Source: Alphaproteobacteria bacterium UBA998 (GTDB lineage Bacteria; Pseudomonadota; Alphaproteobacteria; Rickettsiales; UBA998). Taken from it: a DNA stretch of 64,000 nt. The first letter of the stretch is position 1. Every line of letters starts with the position of its first letter. The notes beneath the pieces were generated by a model. That model was not told the DNA's origin. It ran no database searches and saw only the letters and a program-made list of their open reading frames with translations. The stretch spans positions 2,895-66,894 of the forward strand of contig DBAY01000030.1 in the NCBI GenBank assembly GCA_002291925.1, written 5' to 3'. The position numbers were made by a program, and so were the translations under genes. Positions 9,360-19,522 of the stretch are shown one piece after another.

Positions 9360-9680
9360 ATGGAGTCTGCGGTGGAAGGGCGTCACTCAGTCGTCGTGAC
9401 CATCCAGAATATCAAGGGGCTGCACGCGCGTGCCAGCACAAAATTTGTCAAGACCGTCGCCAGTTGTGATGCCCGGGTCATGGTCACGCGAATTTACAAT
9501 GACGGTACCCCCTACTCACCAGAGCGAGATGGCCCAGTGAACGGTGAATCAATGCTGGCTTTGCTTATGCTGGCCGCAGAGAAGGGAGCTACGTTGCGCA
9601 TTGAGGCTGAGGGCGTTGGTGCAGAGGCTTGTCTGGCAAAGCTGGCCGAGTTGATTGACGCCAAGTTTGGCGAAGAATAA
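9360..9680 (+). CDS. ptsH: HPr/NPr phosphocarrier protein
   Basis: IQNIKGLHARASTKFV (His-15 context) and a Ser-containing GESMLALLML segment. Located after the EIIA gene. Confidence 0.85.
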   Translation: MESAVEGRHSVVVTIQNIKGLHARASTKFVKTVASCDARVMVTRIYNDGTPYSPERDGPVNGESMLALLMLAAEKGATLRIEAEGVGAEACLAKLAELIDAKFGEE

Positions 9681-9691
9681 TTCGTCCAACG

Positions 9692-9716
9692 CCCCTTATG
9701 TAAAGGGTTTTTTAAT
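9692..9716 (+). terminator. Weak candidate rho-independent terminator after the HPr gene
   Basis: Short stem CCCTT/AAGGG with a 5-nt loop, followed by a T6 run. Confidence 0.35.
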
Positions 9717-9824
9717 GCTTGCTTGGTAGGATTCAATAGTAGCTAACTAGCATCGGTTCCAATGTATCTCACTCCGCCTGTGCCTGCGCAATCCTCAACC
9801 GCTTCTAGCCAGCCGCGCCAAGGC

Positions 9825-10217
9825 ATGCCGCATGGGCCGAAGCGTATTTTAATTGTAGAGGATAATGATCTGAATCTAAAGCTTTTCCGAGATTTGCTGA
9901 GTGCGAACGGATATGATACAATCGAAACGAAAGAGGGTTATGAGGCCATCAATCTTGCCCGCAGTTTGCGTCCTGACCTTATTCTAATGGATATTCAGTT
10001 GCCTGAGATATCTGGGCTGGAGGTAACCAAGCGCATCAAGTCGGATACGGACATTCGTCATATTCCAATCATCGCCGTTACCGCTTTCGCTATGAAGGAT
10101 GATGAGGAAAAAATTCTCCGCGCTGGGTGCGAGGCCTATATTTCTAAGCCGATTTCCATCGCGGATTTCCTCGTGGCCGTGCGCCGTTTCCTTGACTCCG
10201 ACATCGCGCGAGTCTGA
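9825..10217 (+). CDS. divK: Single-domain response regulator DivK
   Basis: [20 protein letters not shown]...[22 protein letters not shown]...[28 protein letters not shown]. The stop overlaps the pleD ATG. An alternative start at 9762 is possible. Confidence 0.85.
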   Translation: MPHGPKRILIVEDNDLNLKLFRDLLSANGYDTIETKEGYEAINLARSLRPDLILMDIQLPEISGLEVTKRIKSDTDIRHIPIIAVTAFAMKDDEEKILRAGCEAYISKPISIADFLVAVRRFLDSDIARV

Positions 10218-11635
10218 TGACAGCGCTGATTCTGGTCGTTGATGATGTTCCAGCTAACGTCAAGCTGCTCGAAGCCAAGCTGACGAACGAGTACTATGAC
10301 GTCATCACCGCCAAGGATGGTTTTGAGGCCATCGCCCAAGCCAAGCAGCACAAGCCCGACATCATTCTCCTTGATGTGATGATGCCTGGCATGGATGGTT
10401 TTGAGACGTGCCGCCTTATGAAAGCGGATGTGACCATTTCTCATATTCCTGTTGTCATGGTGACGGCGCTCAGCGACCCCTCCGACCGCGTCAGCGGACT
10501 GGAAGCTGGGGCGGACGATTTCCTGACCAAGCCTATCAACGACACTGCGCTATTGGCGCGTGTGCGATCGCTTATCCGTATCAAAGTACTGCTCGACGAG
10601 CTGCGTTTGCGTGACAAGACTGGCCTGCAGATGGGTGTGTTGTCAGAAAACCAGAATAGTTTTACTTCCGATGTTTCCGGGGCGCATGTGGTCATCATCG
10701 ACGACGATATTGTGCAAAGTAACCGGCTGGTGGAACGTTTGCGTGAAAGCTACAAGGTCACCGCCATTGAGGAGCCGGATCAGACGGTGTCTATTCTTCA
10801 AACGAGCACCGACGTGGACTTGGTTGTCATCAACACGCAGTTAAACGAGGTGGACGCCTTGCGTCTATGCGCACACATGCGAAACATCGATGCCATCCGT
10901 AACGTGCCCATCATCATGCTGGCGGATGAGGAGGACATGCGTCTCGTGCTGAAGGGGCTGGAGCTCGGCATCAATGATTACCTTATGCTGCCGGTGGATT
11001 TCAACGAGATGGCCGCCCGTGTGAAGACGCAAATCCGGCGGAAGAAATACCAGGACGCGCTGAAGCAGAATTACCAGTCCAGTATTTCCATGGCGATCAC
11101 GGACGCGCTGACCGGGCTGTATAATCGCCATTATCTCGATGCTCACCTGCACAACATGGTGAATAGCGCCATCACCAACAAAAAGCCGCTTTCGCTGCTC
11201 ATCATGGATATGGACCACTTCAAATCCGTAAACGATACCTATGGCCACGATGTCGGTGACGAAGTGCTGAAGCAGCTAGCCCGACGCATCATCGATACGG
11301 TGCGAAGCTCCGACCTCGCCGCCCGCATCGGTGGGGAGGAGTTCGTTATCCTCATGCCGGAGACGGACCTTCGCAATGCCTTCGGGCTGGGCGAGCGCTT
11401 GCGCGGACTGGTGGAGCGTACGCCGTTTATTATCTCCCACGCTATCGGCCAGCTGAACAAAACCGTGAGCATCGGCGTTTCCAGCCTGAATCTGGCAGGT
11501 GATACACCGATCGACCTCATCAAGCGCGCAGATAACGCCCTTTATCAAGCCAAGAATGGCGGCCGAAACCAGGTGCTTCCTGTGCCGGAGGGCCTTTACG
11601 AGCCTTTGCAGAAAGTGGCCGAGACGGGCTTCTGA
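10217..11635 (+). CDS. pleD: Response regulator / diguanylate cyclase PleD (REC-REC-GGDEF)
   Basis: Two receiver domains followed by GGDEF with active site RIGGEEFVILM and LTGLYNRHYL. Coupled to divK by an ATGA overlap. Confidence 0.9.
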   Translation: MTALILVVDDVPANVKLLEAKLTNEYYDVITAKDGFEAIAQAKQHKPDIILLDVMMPGMDGFETCRLMKADVTISHIPVVMVTALSDPSDRVSGLEAGADDFLTKPINDTALLARVRSLIRIKVLLDELRLRDKTGLQMGVLSENQNSFTSDVSGAHVVIIDDDIVQSNRLVERLRESYKVTAIEEPDQTVSILQTSTDVDLVVINTQLNEVDALRLCAHMRNIDAIRNVPIIMLADEEDMRLVLKGLELGINDYLMLPVDFNEMAARVKTQIRRKKYQDALKQNYQSSISMAITDALTGLYNRHYLDAHLHNMVNSAITNKKPLSLLIMDMDHFKSVNDTYGHDVGDEVLKQLARRIIDTVRSSDLAARIGGEEFVILMPETDLRNAFGLGERLRGLVERTPFIISHAIGQLNKTVSIGVSSLNLAGDTPIDLIKRADNALYQAKNGGRNQVLPVPEGLYEPLQKVAETGF

Positions 11636-11638
11636 CGT

Positions 11639-12430
11639 CTACCCAAACTTGAGCGTCACCATCACCGGAATATGATCCGAGGGCTTCTCGCGCGTGCGCT
11701 CGGCACGGTGCATGGTGCAGTCCTGCATGGCGTCCACGGCGGCGGGAGAAAGCAGCAGGTGATCGATCCGCATGCCATGATTGCGCTGGAAACTGTTCTG
11801 CCGGTAATCCCACCAGCTGAACGCTTGCGTTTCCGGATAGCGCGTACGGAAGGCGTCGTAGTAGCCCAGATGCAACAGTGCGCGGAAGCGCTCCCGCTCG
11901 GCGGGGTGGTAACAGGTGGTACCGTCCAGCCCGGCGGGGTCGAACACATCGATGGGATAAGGCGCGACATTATAGTCGCCGCCAATCACCAGAAGTTCAT
12001 GCTGAACATGAAGTTGCTTCAGGTGCTGCGCGAGGTTCTCAAGAAAGCCAAGTTTATAAGGAAATTTCTCCGAGTCCGGCGACTGCCCATTGGGGACATA
12101 GACCGATGCCACCCGTAAAGCCTGATTCTCGGGAAGCGAAACGGAAGCCTCGATATAGCGCGCTTGATCCACCGTTTCGCCCGGCAGTCGAACGGCCACA
12201 TCCTCGAGCGGCAGGCGGGAGAGAATGGCCACGCCGTTATAGGTTTTCTGACCATGCAGGGCGATGTTGTAGCCGAGGTCCTCGATGGGCTCGCGCGGGA
12301 AATGCTCGTCCTCGATTTTCGTTTCCTGCAGGAGCAGCACGTCCGGCTTCACCTCGTTCAGGTAATGCGTGAGGTGTTCCAGCCGCGAGCGGATGGAATT
12401 GACGTTCCAGGTCGCCACCGAGAGGGACAT
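11639..12430 (-). CDS. xthA: Exodeoxyribonuclease III
   Basis: MSLSVATWNVNSIRSRL, LLLQETK, GDYNVAP and SDHIPV motifs. The start at 12430 overlaps the erpA stop (ATGA); the ORF-track start at 12463 is probably too long. Confidence 0.9.
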   Translation of the reverse strand: MSLSVATWNVNSIRSRLEHLTHYLNEVKPDVLLLQETKIEDEHFPREPIEDLGYNIALHGQKTYNGVAILSRLPLEDVAVRLPGETVDQARYIEASVSLPENQALRVASVYVPNGQSPDSEKFPYKLGFLENLAQHLKQLHVQHELLVIGGDYNVAPYPIDVFDPAGLDGTTCYHPAERERFRALLHLGYYDAFRTRYPETQAFSWWDYRQNSFQRNHGMRIDHLLLSPAAVDAMQDCTMHRAERTREKPSDHIPVMVTLKFG

Positions 12431-12816
12431 CAGACGACAGAGAAGGAATTGCCACAACCGCAAGAAGCAGTTGTGTTGGGATTCTTGATCTCGAACGCGG
12501 CCCCACCGAGGGTTTCCACGTAATCGAGCACGGCCCCCCTCAGGAACTCCAGCGAGGTGGCATCCACCGCCACGCGCACACCGCCGTCGGTCAGCACCAG
12601 GTCATCCTCGACGGGAGGGGTGGTCTCGAAATCGAATTTGTACTGGAAGCCAGAGCAGCCGCCACCCATCACGGAAACGCGCAGCAGTGTGCCCGGCGGC
12701 TCGTCACGTAGCAGCTTGGCGATGCGGGCGGTCGCGCTTTCCGACAGCCCAAACGAGGCCGCCATGGCCCCTCCGGCAGCATTGGGTGAGGAAGTCTGGC
12801 TATCCGTCTGCATCAT
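12430..12816 (-). CDS. erpA: Iron-sulfur cluster insertion protein ErpA/IscA (HesB family)
   Basis: GGGCSGFQYKF motif and C-terminal CGCGNSFSV. Confidence 0.85.
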   Translation of the reverse strand: MMQTDSQTSSPNAAGGAMAASFGLSESATARIAKLLRDEPPGTLLRVSVMGGGCSGFQYKFDFETTPPVEDDLVLTDGGVRVAVDATSLEFLRGAVLDYVETLGGAAFEIKNPNTTASCGCGNSFSVV

Positions 12817-12921
12817 CGGTGTTGTTTCCTGTTATCCACGCCCGGTGGCCGGGTGGCTCTGAAACCAATGTAGAGCAACAAACTCCTTGCTTCAACCACA
12901 GGCAAATTCTAGCGTGCGGGC

Positions 12922-14100
12922 ATGCTGCCCCATCCGGATTACGCGTCCACACTTGCGCCCTATGCCTGCCTGCCATCGCAGAGCCGTGGCCGCATGCATC
13001 CGGAGCCCGAGGCGCAGGGACGCTCGCCCTACCAGCGCGACCGCGACCGCATCATCCATAGCACCGCTTTCCGCCGTCTGGAATACAAGACGCAGGTGTT
13101 CGTCAACCATGAGGGCGACCATTACCGCACCCGGCTCACCCACAGCCTTGAGGTGGCGCAGCTGACGCGCTCTCTCTGCCGCCGGTTGCGCTTGAATGAA
13201 GATCTGGGCGAGACGCTCGCCCTGTCGCACGATCTGGGTCATACCCCCTTCGGTCATGCGGGCGAGGACGGGCTGCAGGAGGTGATGGCGCCGTTTGGCG
13301 GTTTTAACCATAACGCGCAGGCCATCCGCATACTGACCCATCTAGAAAACCGTTATGCCGCCTTTGACGGCCTGAACCTGACCTGGGAAACGCTGGAAGG
13401 CATCGCTAAGCATAATGGCCCACTGGAGGGTGAGATTCCCTGGGCCATCCGTGAGTTCAACGGCCAGTATAATCTCGAATTGCACACCTGGCCGGGGCTG
13501 GAAGCGCAAATTGCCGCGCTGTGCGACGACATCGCCTACCATAATCACGACATTGAGGACGGCATCCGCGCCGGGCTGTTCGTGCTGTATGATTTCATTG
13601 ATATGCCGCTGATCGGTGACCTGATCCGCGAGGTGGACGACCGGCATACGGAGGCCCATCCGCGGCGGCGCATTCATGAAGTCATCCGCCGCATGATTAA
13701 CCGCATGGTGGAAGACCTTGAGCGCCAGACGCTGGCCAATATTGAGGCGCATGGCATCCGGCATGTGACGGATGTGCGCTCCCTGAACAAGCCCGTGGCC
13801 TCGTTCTCGCCGGCCATGCAGGACGTGAACCGGCAGCTTAAAGCCTTCCTCATGCAGCGCATGTACCGGCACTATACCGTGAACCGTATGGCCAGCAAAG
13901 CACGACGTCTCGTCAAAGACTTATTCGTCTTCTTTCATGCAGAACCTGAATGTCTGCCGACCCGCTGGCGGGAAATTGCCGAGGGGCAATATGACCAGCA
14001 AAAAGCACGGGTCGTGGCCGATTTCATTGCTGGCATGACGGACCGTTTCGCCATTGAGGAACATGCACGTATCTACCATCTCGAAGAAAAGAACAAATGA
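12922..14100 (+). CDS. dgt: dGTP triphosphohydrolase-like HD-domain protein
   Basis: [34 protein letters not shown] and [10 protein letters not shown] motifs. Confidence 0.85.
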   Translation: MLPHPDYASTLAPYACLPSQSRGRMHPEPEAQGRSPYQRDRDRIIHSTAFRRLEYKTQVFVNHEGDHYRTRLTHSLEVAQLTRSLCRRLRLNEDLGETLALSHDLGHTPFGHAGEDGLQEVMAPFGGFNHNAQAIRILTHLENRYAAFDGLNLTWETLEGIAKHNGPLEGEIPWAIREFNGQYNLELHTWPGLEAQIAALCDDIAYHNHDIEDGIRAGLFVLYDFIDMPLIGDLIREVDDRHTEAHPRRRIHEVIRRMINRMVEDLERQTLANIEAHGIRHVTDVRSLNKPVASFSPAMQDVNRQLKAFLMQRMYRHYTVNRMASKARRLVKDLFVFFHAEPECLPTRWREIAEGQYDQQKARVVADFIAGMTDRFAIEEHARIYHLEEKNK

Positions 14101-15836
14101 ATATATTCAATACTATAAAGAGTGAAGTTAATAAGTCACTTGAAGCTTCTTATGCCATCACTGATCCCGCCTTGTTTCAAGGGGTCACGGTGGAACTGCC
14201 CAAGGACGCCGCGCATGGCGACCTTTCTACCAATGCCGCCATGGTGGTCAGCAAGTCATTGAAAATGAACCCGCGCCAGATTGCCGAAGCATTGGTGCAA
14301 TCGCTGGCGAAGCATCCGGATGTGGCGTCGGCGGAGGTGGCGGGGCCTGGCTTTGTGAACCTCACCATGCGCCCCACGTTCTGGCAGGGGCAGTTGCTGA
14401 ACATCCTGACGGCAGGCACGTCCTATGGCGATTCCACGCTCGGGGCGGGCATATCCGTGAATATCGAGTATGTTTCGGCCAACCCCACCGGGCCCCTGCA
14501 TATTGGCCATGCCCGTGGCGCGGTGGTAGGCGATGGGCTGGCGCTGTTGCTTACGAAAGCCGGTTACGCCGTCACCAAGGAATATTACATCAACGACGCC
14601 GGGGCGCAGACCGATACCCTCGCGCGCTCGGCGTTTCTCCGCTACCGCGAAGCGCTCGGGGAAGCGATTGGTGAAATCCCCGCAGGCCTTTACCCGGGGG
14701 ACTACCTCGTGCCCGTTGGGCAGGCGCTGGCGGAGACCCATGGCGCGGCCCTGCGCGATCAGCCGGAGTCAGCCTGGCTGCCAATTGTGCGTGCCTTTGC
14801 CATTGAGCGCATGATGGGTCTGATCAAGACTGACTTGGCCGATCTCGGCATTCGCCACGATGTATTCGCCTCCGAGCGCCGCCTGCATGAGGAAAAGCGC
14901 ATTGAGCAGGTATTGCAGGAACTGGAGGCGCAGGGGCTGCTTTACCGCGGCGTGCTCGAGCCCCCCAAGGGCAAGACCCCGGACGATTGGGAGCCGCGCG
15001 AACAGCTGCTCTTCCGTTCCACCGATTATGACGATGATTGCGACCGCCCGCTCGCCAAGTCGGATGGCAGCTTTACCTATTTTGCCGGCGATGTCGCCTA
15101 CGCGCGCGATAAGCTGAACCGTGGATTTGCCAAGCTCGTCATGGTATTAGGCGCAGATCATGGCGGTTATATCAACCGGATGAAAGCGCTTGTTAAAGTG
15201 CTGTCTCAAGATAAGGCATCGCTTGAAGTCCTGCTATGCCAGCTGGTGAAGCTGTTTGAGGCCGGGCAACCCTTCAAGATGTCCAAGCGGGCGGGCACCT
15301 TTATTACGGTACGCGATGTGCTGGAGGTGGTGGGCAAGGATGTGCTCCGCTTCGTGATGCTGACCCGCAAGCCCGAACAGCCATTGGATTTTGACCTTGT
15401 GAAGGTGCAAGAGCAATCCAAGGATAACCCGGTTTTCTACGTGCAGTATGCCCATGCACGCTGCAAATCGCTGCTTCGCCAGCCCCACGCGGCAGAGGCG
15501 GCGGCCCGGGCGCAGTCCCCGGACGCGGCCCTGCTGGCGCGCCTGACCCATTCGGCCGAACTGGCCCTGATACGAAAGCTTTGCTACTGGCCGCGCCTCG
15601 TGGAATCCGCCGCGCTCGCCTACGAGCCGCACCGGGTAGCTTACTTCCTGCATGATCTGGCCTCCGAACTGCATGGGCTGTGGACCCTGGGCAATGACGA
15701 CCCCTCCCTGCGCTTCCTGCAGGAGAACGATGTGGCGCTAAGCGCCGCCCGTCTCGCGCTGGCCCGTGCTGTGGCGACGGTCATCGCCAGCGGGCTGGCC
15801 GTCTTGGGTGTGGAACCCGTCGAGGAAATGCGATAA
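14097..15836 (+). CDS. argS: Arginine--tRNA ligase
   Basis: Class I HIGH-type motif [13 protein letters not shown] and a KMSKR-like FKMSKRAG. 579 aa. The start overlaps the dgt stop. Confidence 0.95.
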   Translation: MNIFNTIKSEVNKSLEASYAITDPALFQGVTVELPKDAAHGDLSTNAAMVVSKSLKMNPRQIAEALVQSLAKHPDVASAEVAGPGFVNLTMRPTFWQGQLLNILTAGTSYGDSTLGAGISVNIEYVSANPTGPLHIGHARGAVVGDGLALLLTKAGYAVTKEYYINDAGAQTDTLARSAFLRYREALGEAIGEIPAGLYPGDYLVPVGQALAETHGAALRDQPESAWLPIVRAFAIERMMGLIKTDLADLGIRHDVFASERRLHEEKRIEQVLQELEAQGLLYRGVLEPPKGKTPDDWEPREQLLFRSTDYDDDCDRPLAKSDGSFTYFAGDVAYARDKLNRGFAKLVMVLGADHGGYINRMKALVKVLSQDKASLEVLLCQLVKLFEAGQPFKMSKRAGTFITVRDVLEVVGKDVLRFVMLTRKPEQPLDFDLVKVQEQSKDNPVFYVQYAHARCKSLLRQPHAAEAAARAQSPDAALLARLTHSAELALIRKLCYWPRLVESAALAYEPHRVAYFLHDLASELHGLWTLGNDDPSLRFLQENDVALSAARLALARAVATVIASGLAVLGVEPVEEMR

Positions 15837-15858
15837 ACCACGCAAGGAGAGAAGTGGT

Positions 15859-16893
15859 ATGCACCCTATGCGCAATAACATGAAAAACGATTACGACGCC
15901 GACGAGGAAGTCGCGCTGGATGATCTGGAAGGCTCCGGCCTGCGCTGGATGTCGGTGGCGGTGGTTCTGCTGGTTGTGGCGGGATTCTTTGCCCTCGCGT
16001 GGTATGCTTACCGCAGCAGCAGTGCGGATAGCAGCGGCGAGCATCTGGTGAAAGCCGAGGCGGGGCCACTTAAGGAGAAGCCTGCGGATCCGGGCGGCAT
16101 GCAGACGCCGTATCAGGACATGTCGGTCTATAACGTCATCAGCCCGGATGGTCAGAAAAAGGATGAGGTGGAGCAGCTGCTCCCGGAGCCGGAGGAGCCC
16201 ATCGCCGTGCGGCAGGAGCCGAAGGCTGAGCCGGGCCGCACCAGCGGCGATTTGAAAGTCTGGCAGAAGGATGAAGGCGAGGTTGCCGAAATCCCCGATG
16301 CCCCGGCGCAGGAAAAGCTGTTGCCGCCCCCGGCGGCTCCGGCAGAACAGACCGCCGCGGAAACCGACGCGCCTGCGGCGACCACACCCCCGGTGATTCG
16401 CCCCAAGCGCTTCATGGAGAAAACGGACGACTCCGAAACAGAAAGCTCCTCCATGCAGGAGAAGCCAGTCAAGGTGACCGAGGCTCCGGTGGTACTTACG
16501 CCAGCCCCTGCCGCACCGGAAAAGCCGAAAGTGGAAGCGGCTCCCAAGCCAGCCCCCGCTGCCAAGTCGGAGCCCAAGCCGACCCCGGCCCTTGCCAAGG
16601 CGGAGTCTAAGCCAGCGGCCCAGCCCGCGCCTGTGACCGTTTCAAAGGAGACGGGCAATGTGCAGGTGCAGCTGGCGGCGCTGAAAACATCTGCCGAGGC
16701 CACGGCGACCTGGGCACAGCTGAAGAAGAAACATGGCGATGTGCTGGCGGGGCGGCAGTACCTGATTGTGAAGGCCGAGCTTCCGCAGGGAACCTTCTAC
16801 CGCCTGCGCGTGTCAGGCCTTGGCCCTAATGCGGCGAAAGACCTCTGTGCAGCCCTCAGCGCGCGCAGGCAAAGCTGCATGGTGGTGCGCTGA
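15859..16893 (+). CDS. SPOR domain-containing membrane protein
   Basis: One TM helix (WMSVAVVLLVVAGFFALAWYAY), a long P/A/E/K-rich linker and a C-terminal SPOR-like domain (VQVQLAALKTSAEATATW...FYRLRVSGL). RBS AAGGAGAG precedes the ATG at 15859. Confidence 0.75.
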   Translation: MHPMRNNMKNDYDADEEVALDDLEGSGLRWMSVAVVLLVVAGFFALAWYAYRSSSADSSGEHLVKAEAGPLKEKPADPGGMQTPYQDMSVYNVISPDGQKKDEVEQLLPEPEEPIAVRQEPKAEPGRTSGDLKVWQKDEGEVAEIPDAPAQEKLLPPPAAPAEQTAAETDAPAATTPPVIRPKRFMEKTDDSETESSSMQEKPVKVTEAPVVLTPAPAAPEKPKVEAAPKPAPAAKSEPKPTPALAKAESKPAAQPAPVTVSKETGNVQVQLAALKTSAEATATWAQLKKKHGDVLAGRQYLIVKAELPQGTFYRLRVSGLGPNAAKDLCAALSARRQSCMVVR

Positions 16894-17918
16894 TGGTGGC
16901 CCGCACCCCGGTGATTTACGGCATGACGGGGCTTACCCTGACAACGGAAGAGCGCGCCTTTTTCACGGCGGAACGTCCGGCGGGCTACATCCTCTTCGCC
17001 CGCAACTGCCAGGACCCGGCGCAGGTGCGCGCGCTGACGGATGCGCTGAAGGCGCTGAACCCGGATTACCTCCCGCTCATCCTGATTGATCAGGAAGGCG
17101 GCCGCGTGGCGCGGCTGAAACCGCCGCACTGGCGCAAGGTGCCCCCGGCGGCGCTGTTTGCGGACGTGGCCGCGCAGGATATGGCGGCGGCCCAGCGGAT
17201 GGTCTACCTCAACGCCCGCCTGATTGCGGCGGAGCTGGTCGCCTGCGGCATCAACACGGATTGCGCGCCGCTGGCCGACATTCCCACCGAAACCTGCCAT
17301 GACATCATCGGCGACCGCGCCTATGGCACGGAGCCGTCGCAGGTGGTGGCATTAGGCCGCGCCATGGCGGACGGGCTGCTCGATGGCGGCGTGCTGCCGG
17401 TGCTGAAACATATCCCCGGCCATGGCCGCGCGGAGGTGGACAGCCACGAGGACCTGCCCGTGGTCAATGCGTCCCTGCCGGAGCTGACCGCGCAGGACTT
17501 CATGCCATTCCGCGAGCTGGCGGACATTCCGCTCGGCATGACGGCGCATATCCGCTACACCGCCATCGATGCGCAGCGCCCGGCGACGCTGTCGCCGAAA
17601 ACCATCGCAATGGTGCGTGACGTCATCGGTTTTAATGGCCTGCTGATGACAGATGACCTCTCCATGAAGGCGCTGCAAGGGGATTTCGGGCAGCTAGCGC
17701 GTGATTCACTGGCGGCGGGCTGCGACCTGGTGCTCCATTGCAATGGCAAGATGGAGGAGATGACCGCCATCGCCGGCGCGCTGACGGCGGGTTCTCCCGC
17801 TCTGGAAGCGCGGCTGGATGCCGTCACCTCCCTGATCTCCCCGCTGCGCGACGGGGAGGAGGGCGCACTGCTCGCGGAATATCAATCGCTATGCACCGCG
17901 CAGGGTGTGGCGGCCTGA
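16893..17918 (+). CDS. nagZ: Beta-N-acetylhexosaminidase NagZ (GH3)
   Basis: IDQEGGRVARL, KHIPGHGRAEVDSHEDLP and LLMTDDLSM motifs. Confidence 0.9.
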   Translation: MVARTPVIYGMTGLTLTTEERAFFTAERPAGYILFARNCQDPAQVRALTDALKALNPDYLPLILIDQEGGRVARLKPPHWRKVPPAALFADVAAQDMAAAQRMVYLNARLIAAELVACGINTDCAPLADIPTETCHDIIGDRAYGTEPSQVVALGRAMADGLLDGGVLPVLKHIPGHGRAEVDSHEDLPVVNASLPELTAQDFMPFRELADIPLGMTAHIRYTAIDAQRPATLSPKTIAMVRDVIGFNGLLMTDDLSMKALQGDFGQLARDSLAAGCDLVLHCNGKMEEMTAIAGALTAGSPALEARLDAVTSLISPLRDGEEGALLAEYQSLCTAQGVAA

Positions 17919-17927
17919 GGAGGCATC

Positions 17928-18110
17928 ATGAGTCTGAGTTTCGGCAAGCTGATCCTGATTTTTCTCATTGTACTGCTGCTGTTTGGCGCAGGCCGCATCC
18001 CGCGTCTGATGGCTGACCTCGGCAAAGGCATGCGCGCCCTGCGCGAAGGGCTGAAGGAGGAAGAGGCCCCGCAGGCGAAGTTGTCGAACAAGGATGATGC
18101 CAGCGTGTAA
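17928..18110 (+). CDS. tatA: Twin-arginine translocase subunit TatA
   Basis: 60 aa. LILIFLIVLLLFGAGRIPRLMADLGKGMRALREGLKE, i.e. a TM helix plus amphipathic helix. Confidence 0.9.
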   Translation: MSLSFGKLILIFLIVLLLFGAGRIPRLMADLGKGMRALREGLKEEEAPQAKLSNKDDASV

Positions 18111-18114
18111 ACCT

Positions 18115-18226
18115 GTCATTCCAGCGAAGGCTGGAATCCAGAGGGCGCTGGTCGCGCATTCTGCAGTTTCTGTCTTGCGCTGGATTCCGGGACGGCGCTT
18201 GGCTTCGCCGCGCTAGCCCGGAATGA
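18115..18226. repeat. Palindromic GTCAT...ATGAC element (hairpin-module family B) in the tatA-tatB spacer
   Basis: The left arm gtcATTCCAGCgaagGCTGGAATccagagg and right arm ATTCCGGG...CCCGGAATgac each form an 8-bp hairpin. The arms recur in other copies. Confidence 0.85.
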
Positions 18227-18241
18227 CGCGGAAAAACCGGA

Positions 18242-18616
18242 ATGTTCGGCCTGTCTTTTTCTGAATTGCTGGTGATTCTGGTGGTGGCCGTGCTGGTGGT
18301 GGGGCCAAAGGATCTGCCGCGCGTGGTGCGGGCGGTCGGGCGCTTCATGCGCGGCGTCAGCGCGCTGGGGCAGGAAATCCGCCGTCAGGTCGATGAGGTC
18401 ATCGGCGATGAGGAAATGGCCGAGTTGAAGCGTTTGCGCGAAACCATCCGCAACCAGAAGAACTTCATCATCGACCAGAATGGCGAGTATCAGGAAACGT
18501 ACGACATCTCCGATTTCCTGAAGGACCGCGATCCGCCCGCCATCACCCCGGCGGATGCCGACGCGCCGCATCCGGTGATGGTGCCCGCCGCGAAGGAGCC
18601 GCCTCATGATGCCTGA
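18242..18616 (+). CDS. tatB: Twin-arginine translocase subunit TatB
   Basis: MFGLSFSELLVILVVAVLVVGPKDLPRVVRAVGRF. Confidence 0.85.
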   Translation: MFGLSFSELLVILVVAVLVVGPKDLPRVVRAVGRFMRGVSALGQEIRRQVDEVIGDEEMAELKRLRETIRNQKNFIIDQNGEYQETYDISDFLKDRDPPAITPADADAPHPVMVPAAKEPPHDA

Positions 18617-19388
18617 CGCACGCCCGGAAGACGCCCCGCAGCCGCTGCTCGCCCATCTGGCCGAGCTGCGCACGCGCCTGACATGGGCCGTGCTCACCCT
18701 CCTGGTCGGATTCGGGGTGGGCTATGTTGTTTCCGATACCACCTTCGGCCTGCTCACGCTGCCGCTGAAGCAGGCCTTTGGCGAGGAGGCGGGGCGGCGG
18801 CTGATTTATACGGGACTGGCCGAGGCGTTCGTCACCAAGATGCAGCTGGCGCTGTTCACCGCATTCCTCATTACCTTCCCCGTGCTGGCGGCGCAGCTTT
18901 ACCTGTTCCTTGCGCCTGGCCTTTACAAGCATGAGAAGCGGGTGCTGCTGCCCTATCTCATCGCAGCCCCGGTGCTGTTCTTCCTTGGGGCAGCGATGGC
19001 CTATTTCTACATCTTCCCGGCGGCGTGGCAGTTTTTCCTGAGCTTCGAGACGGGCACGGACGCGCTCGGCCTGCCGCTACGGCTGGAAGCGCGCATGAGT
19101 GAATACCTGGATCTCTCCATGTCCATCATCCTCGCGTTTGGCATTTCCTTTCAGCTGCCCATCCTGCTGACGCTGCTGGTGCGGGTGGGCTTGATTTCCG
19201 TGGAAACCCTGCAGAAAGGCAGGCGCTACGCCATCGTCATCCTTATCACAGTGGCGGCGATTCTTACCCCGCCGGACGTCATCAGCCAGTTAGGCCTTTT
19301 CAGCGCGCTGTATCTTTTATACGAACTCTCCATAATCGCCTGTAAGCTGGTGAAGTCAGAGAATAAGGAACTGTCCGAGCATGCATGA
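18606..19388 (+). CDS. tatC: Twin-arginine translocase subunit TatC
   Basis: PLLAHLAELRTRL N-terminus, six predicted TM helices and the ILTPPDVISQ motif. Confidence 0.95.
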   Translation: MMPDARPEDAPQPLLAHLAELRTRLTWAVLTLLVGFGVGYVVSDTTFGLLTLPLKQAFGEEAGRRLIYTGLAEAFVTKMQLALFTAFLITFPVLAAQLYLFLAPGLYKHEKRVLLPYLIAAPVLFFLGAAMAYFYIFPAAWQFFLSFETGTDALGLPLRLEARMSEYLDLSMSIILAFGISFQLPILLTLLVRVGLISVETLQKGRRYAIVILITVAAILTPPDVISQLGLFSALYLLYELSIIACKLVKSENKELSEHA

Positions 19389-19400
19389 CATAATGAATAC

Positions 19401-19497
19401 TCCCTCCCCAGTAGGGGGAGGGTCGGGGTGGGGGCATGAGGATACGTATAACGCCTACAATGCCCCCCTCCCAGCCTCCCCCCTACAGGGGGAGGGG
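19401..19497. repeat. G/C-tract palindromic element (family F), intergenic copy
   Basis: CCCTCCCCagtaGGGGGAGGG ... tcggggtggggg / cccccctcccagcc ... TCCCCCCTacagGGGGAGGGG. Same architecture as the copy inside dnaE (57225..57336). Confidence 0.8.
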
Positions 19498-19522
19498 CTT
19501 ATCCTTTTTCAGGAAAATATTT

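Noticed and set aside
12832-12840. DnaA-box-like TTATCCACG in the erpA-dgt divergent spacer.
   Set aside because: It is a single 8-of-9 match with no cluster of boxes, no AT-rich unwinding element and no origin-associated genes nearby. This is compatible with chance.
16290-16640. Repetitive P/A/E/K-rich coding stretch that looks like a tandem repeat.
   Set aside because: It is the low-complexity linker of the SPOR-domain protein, in frame and typical for this protein class. I could define no exact nucleotide periodicity.
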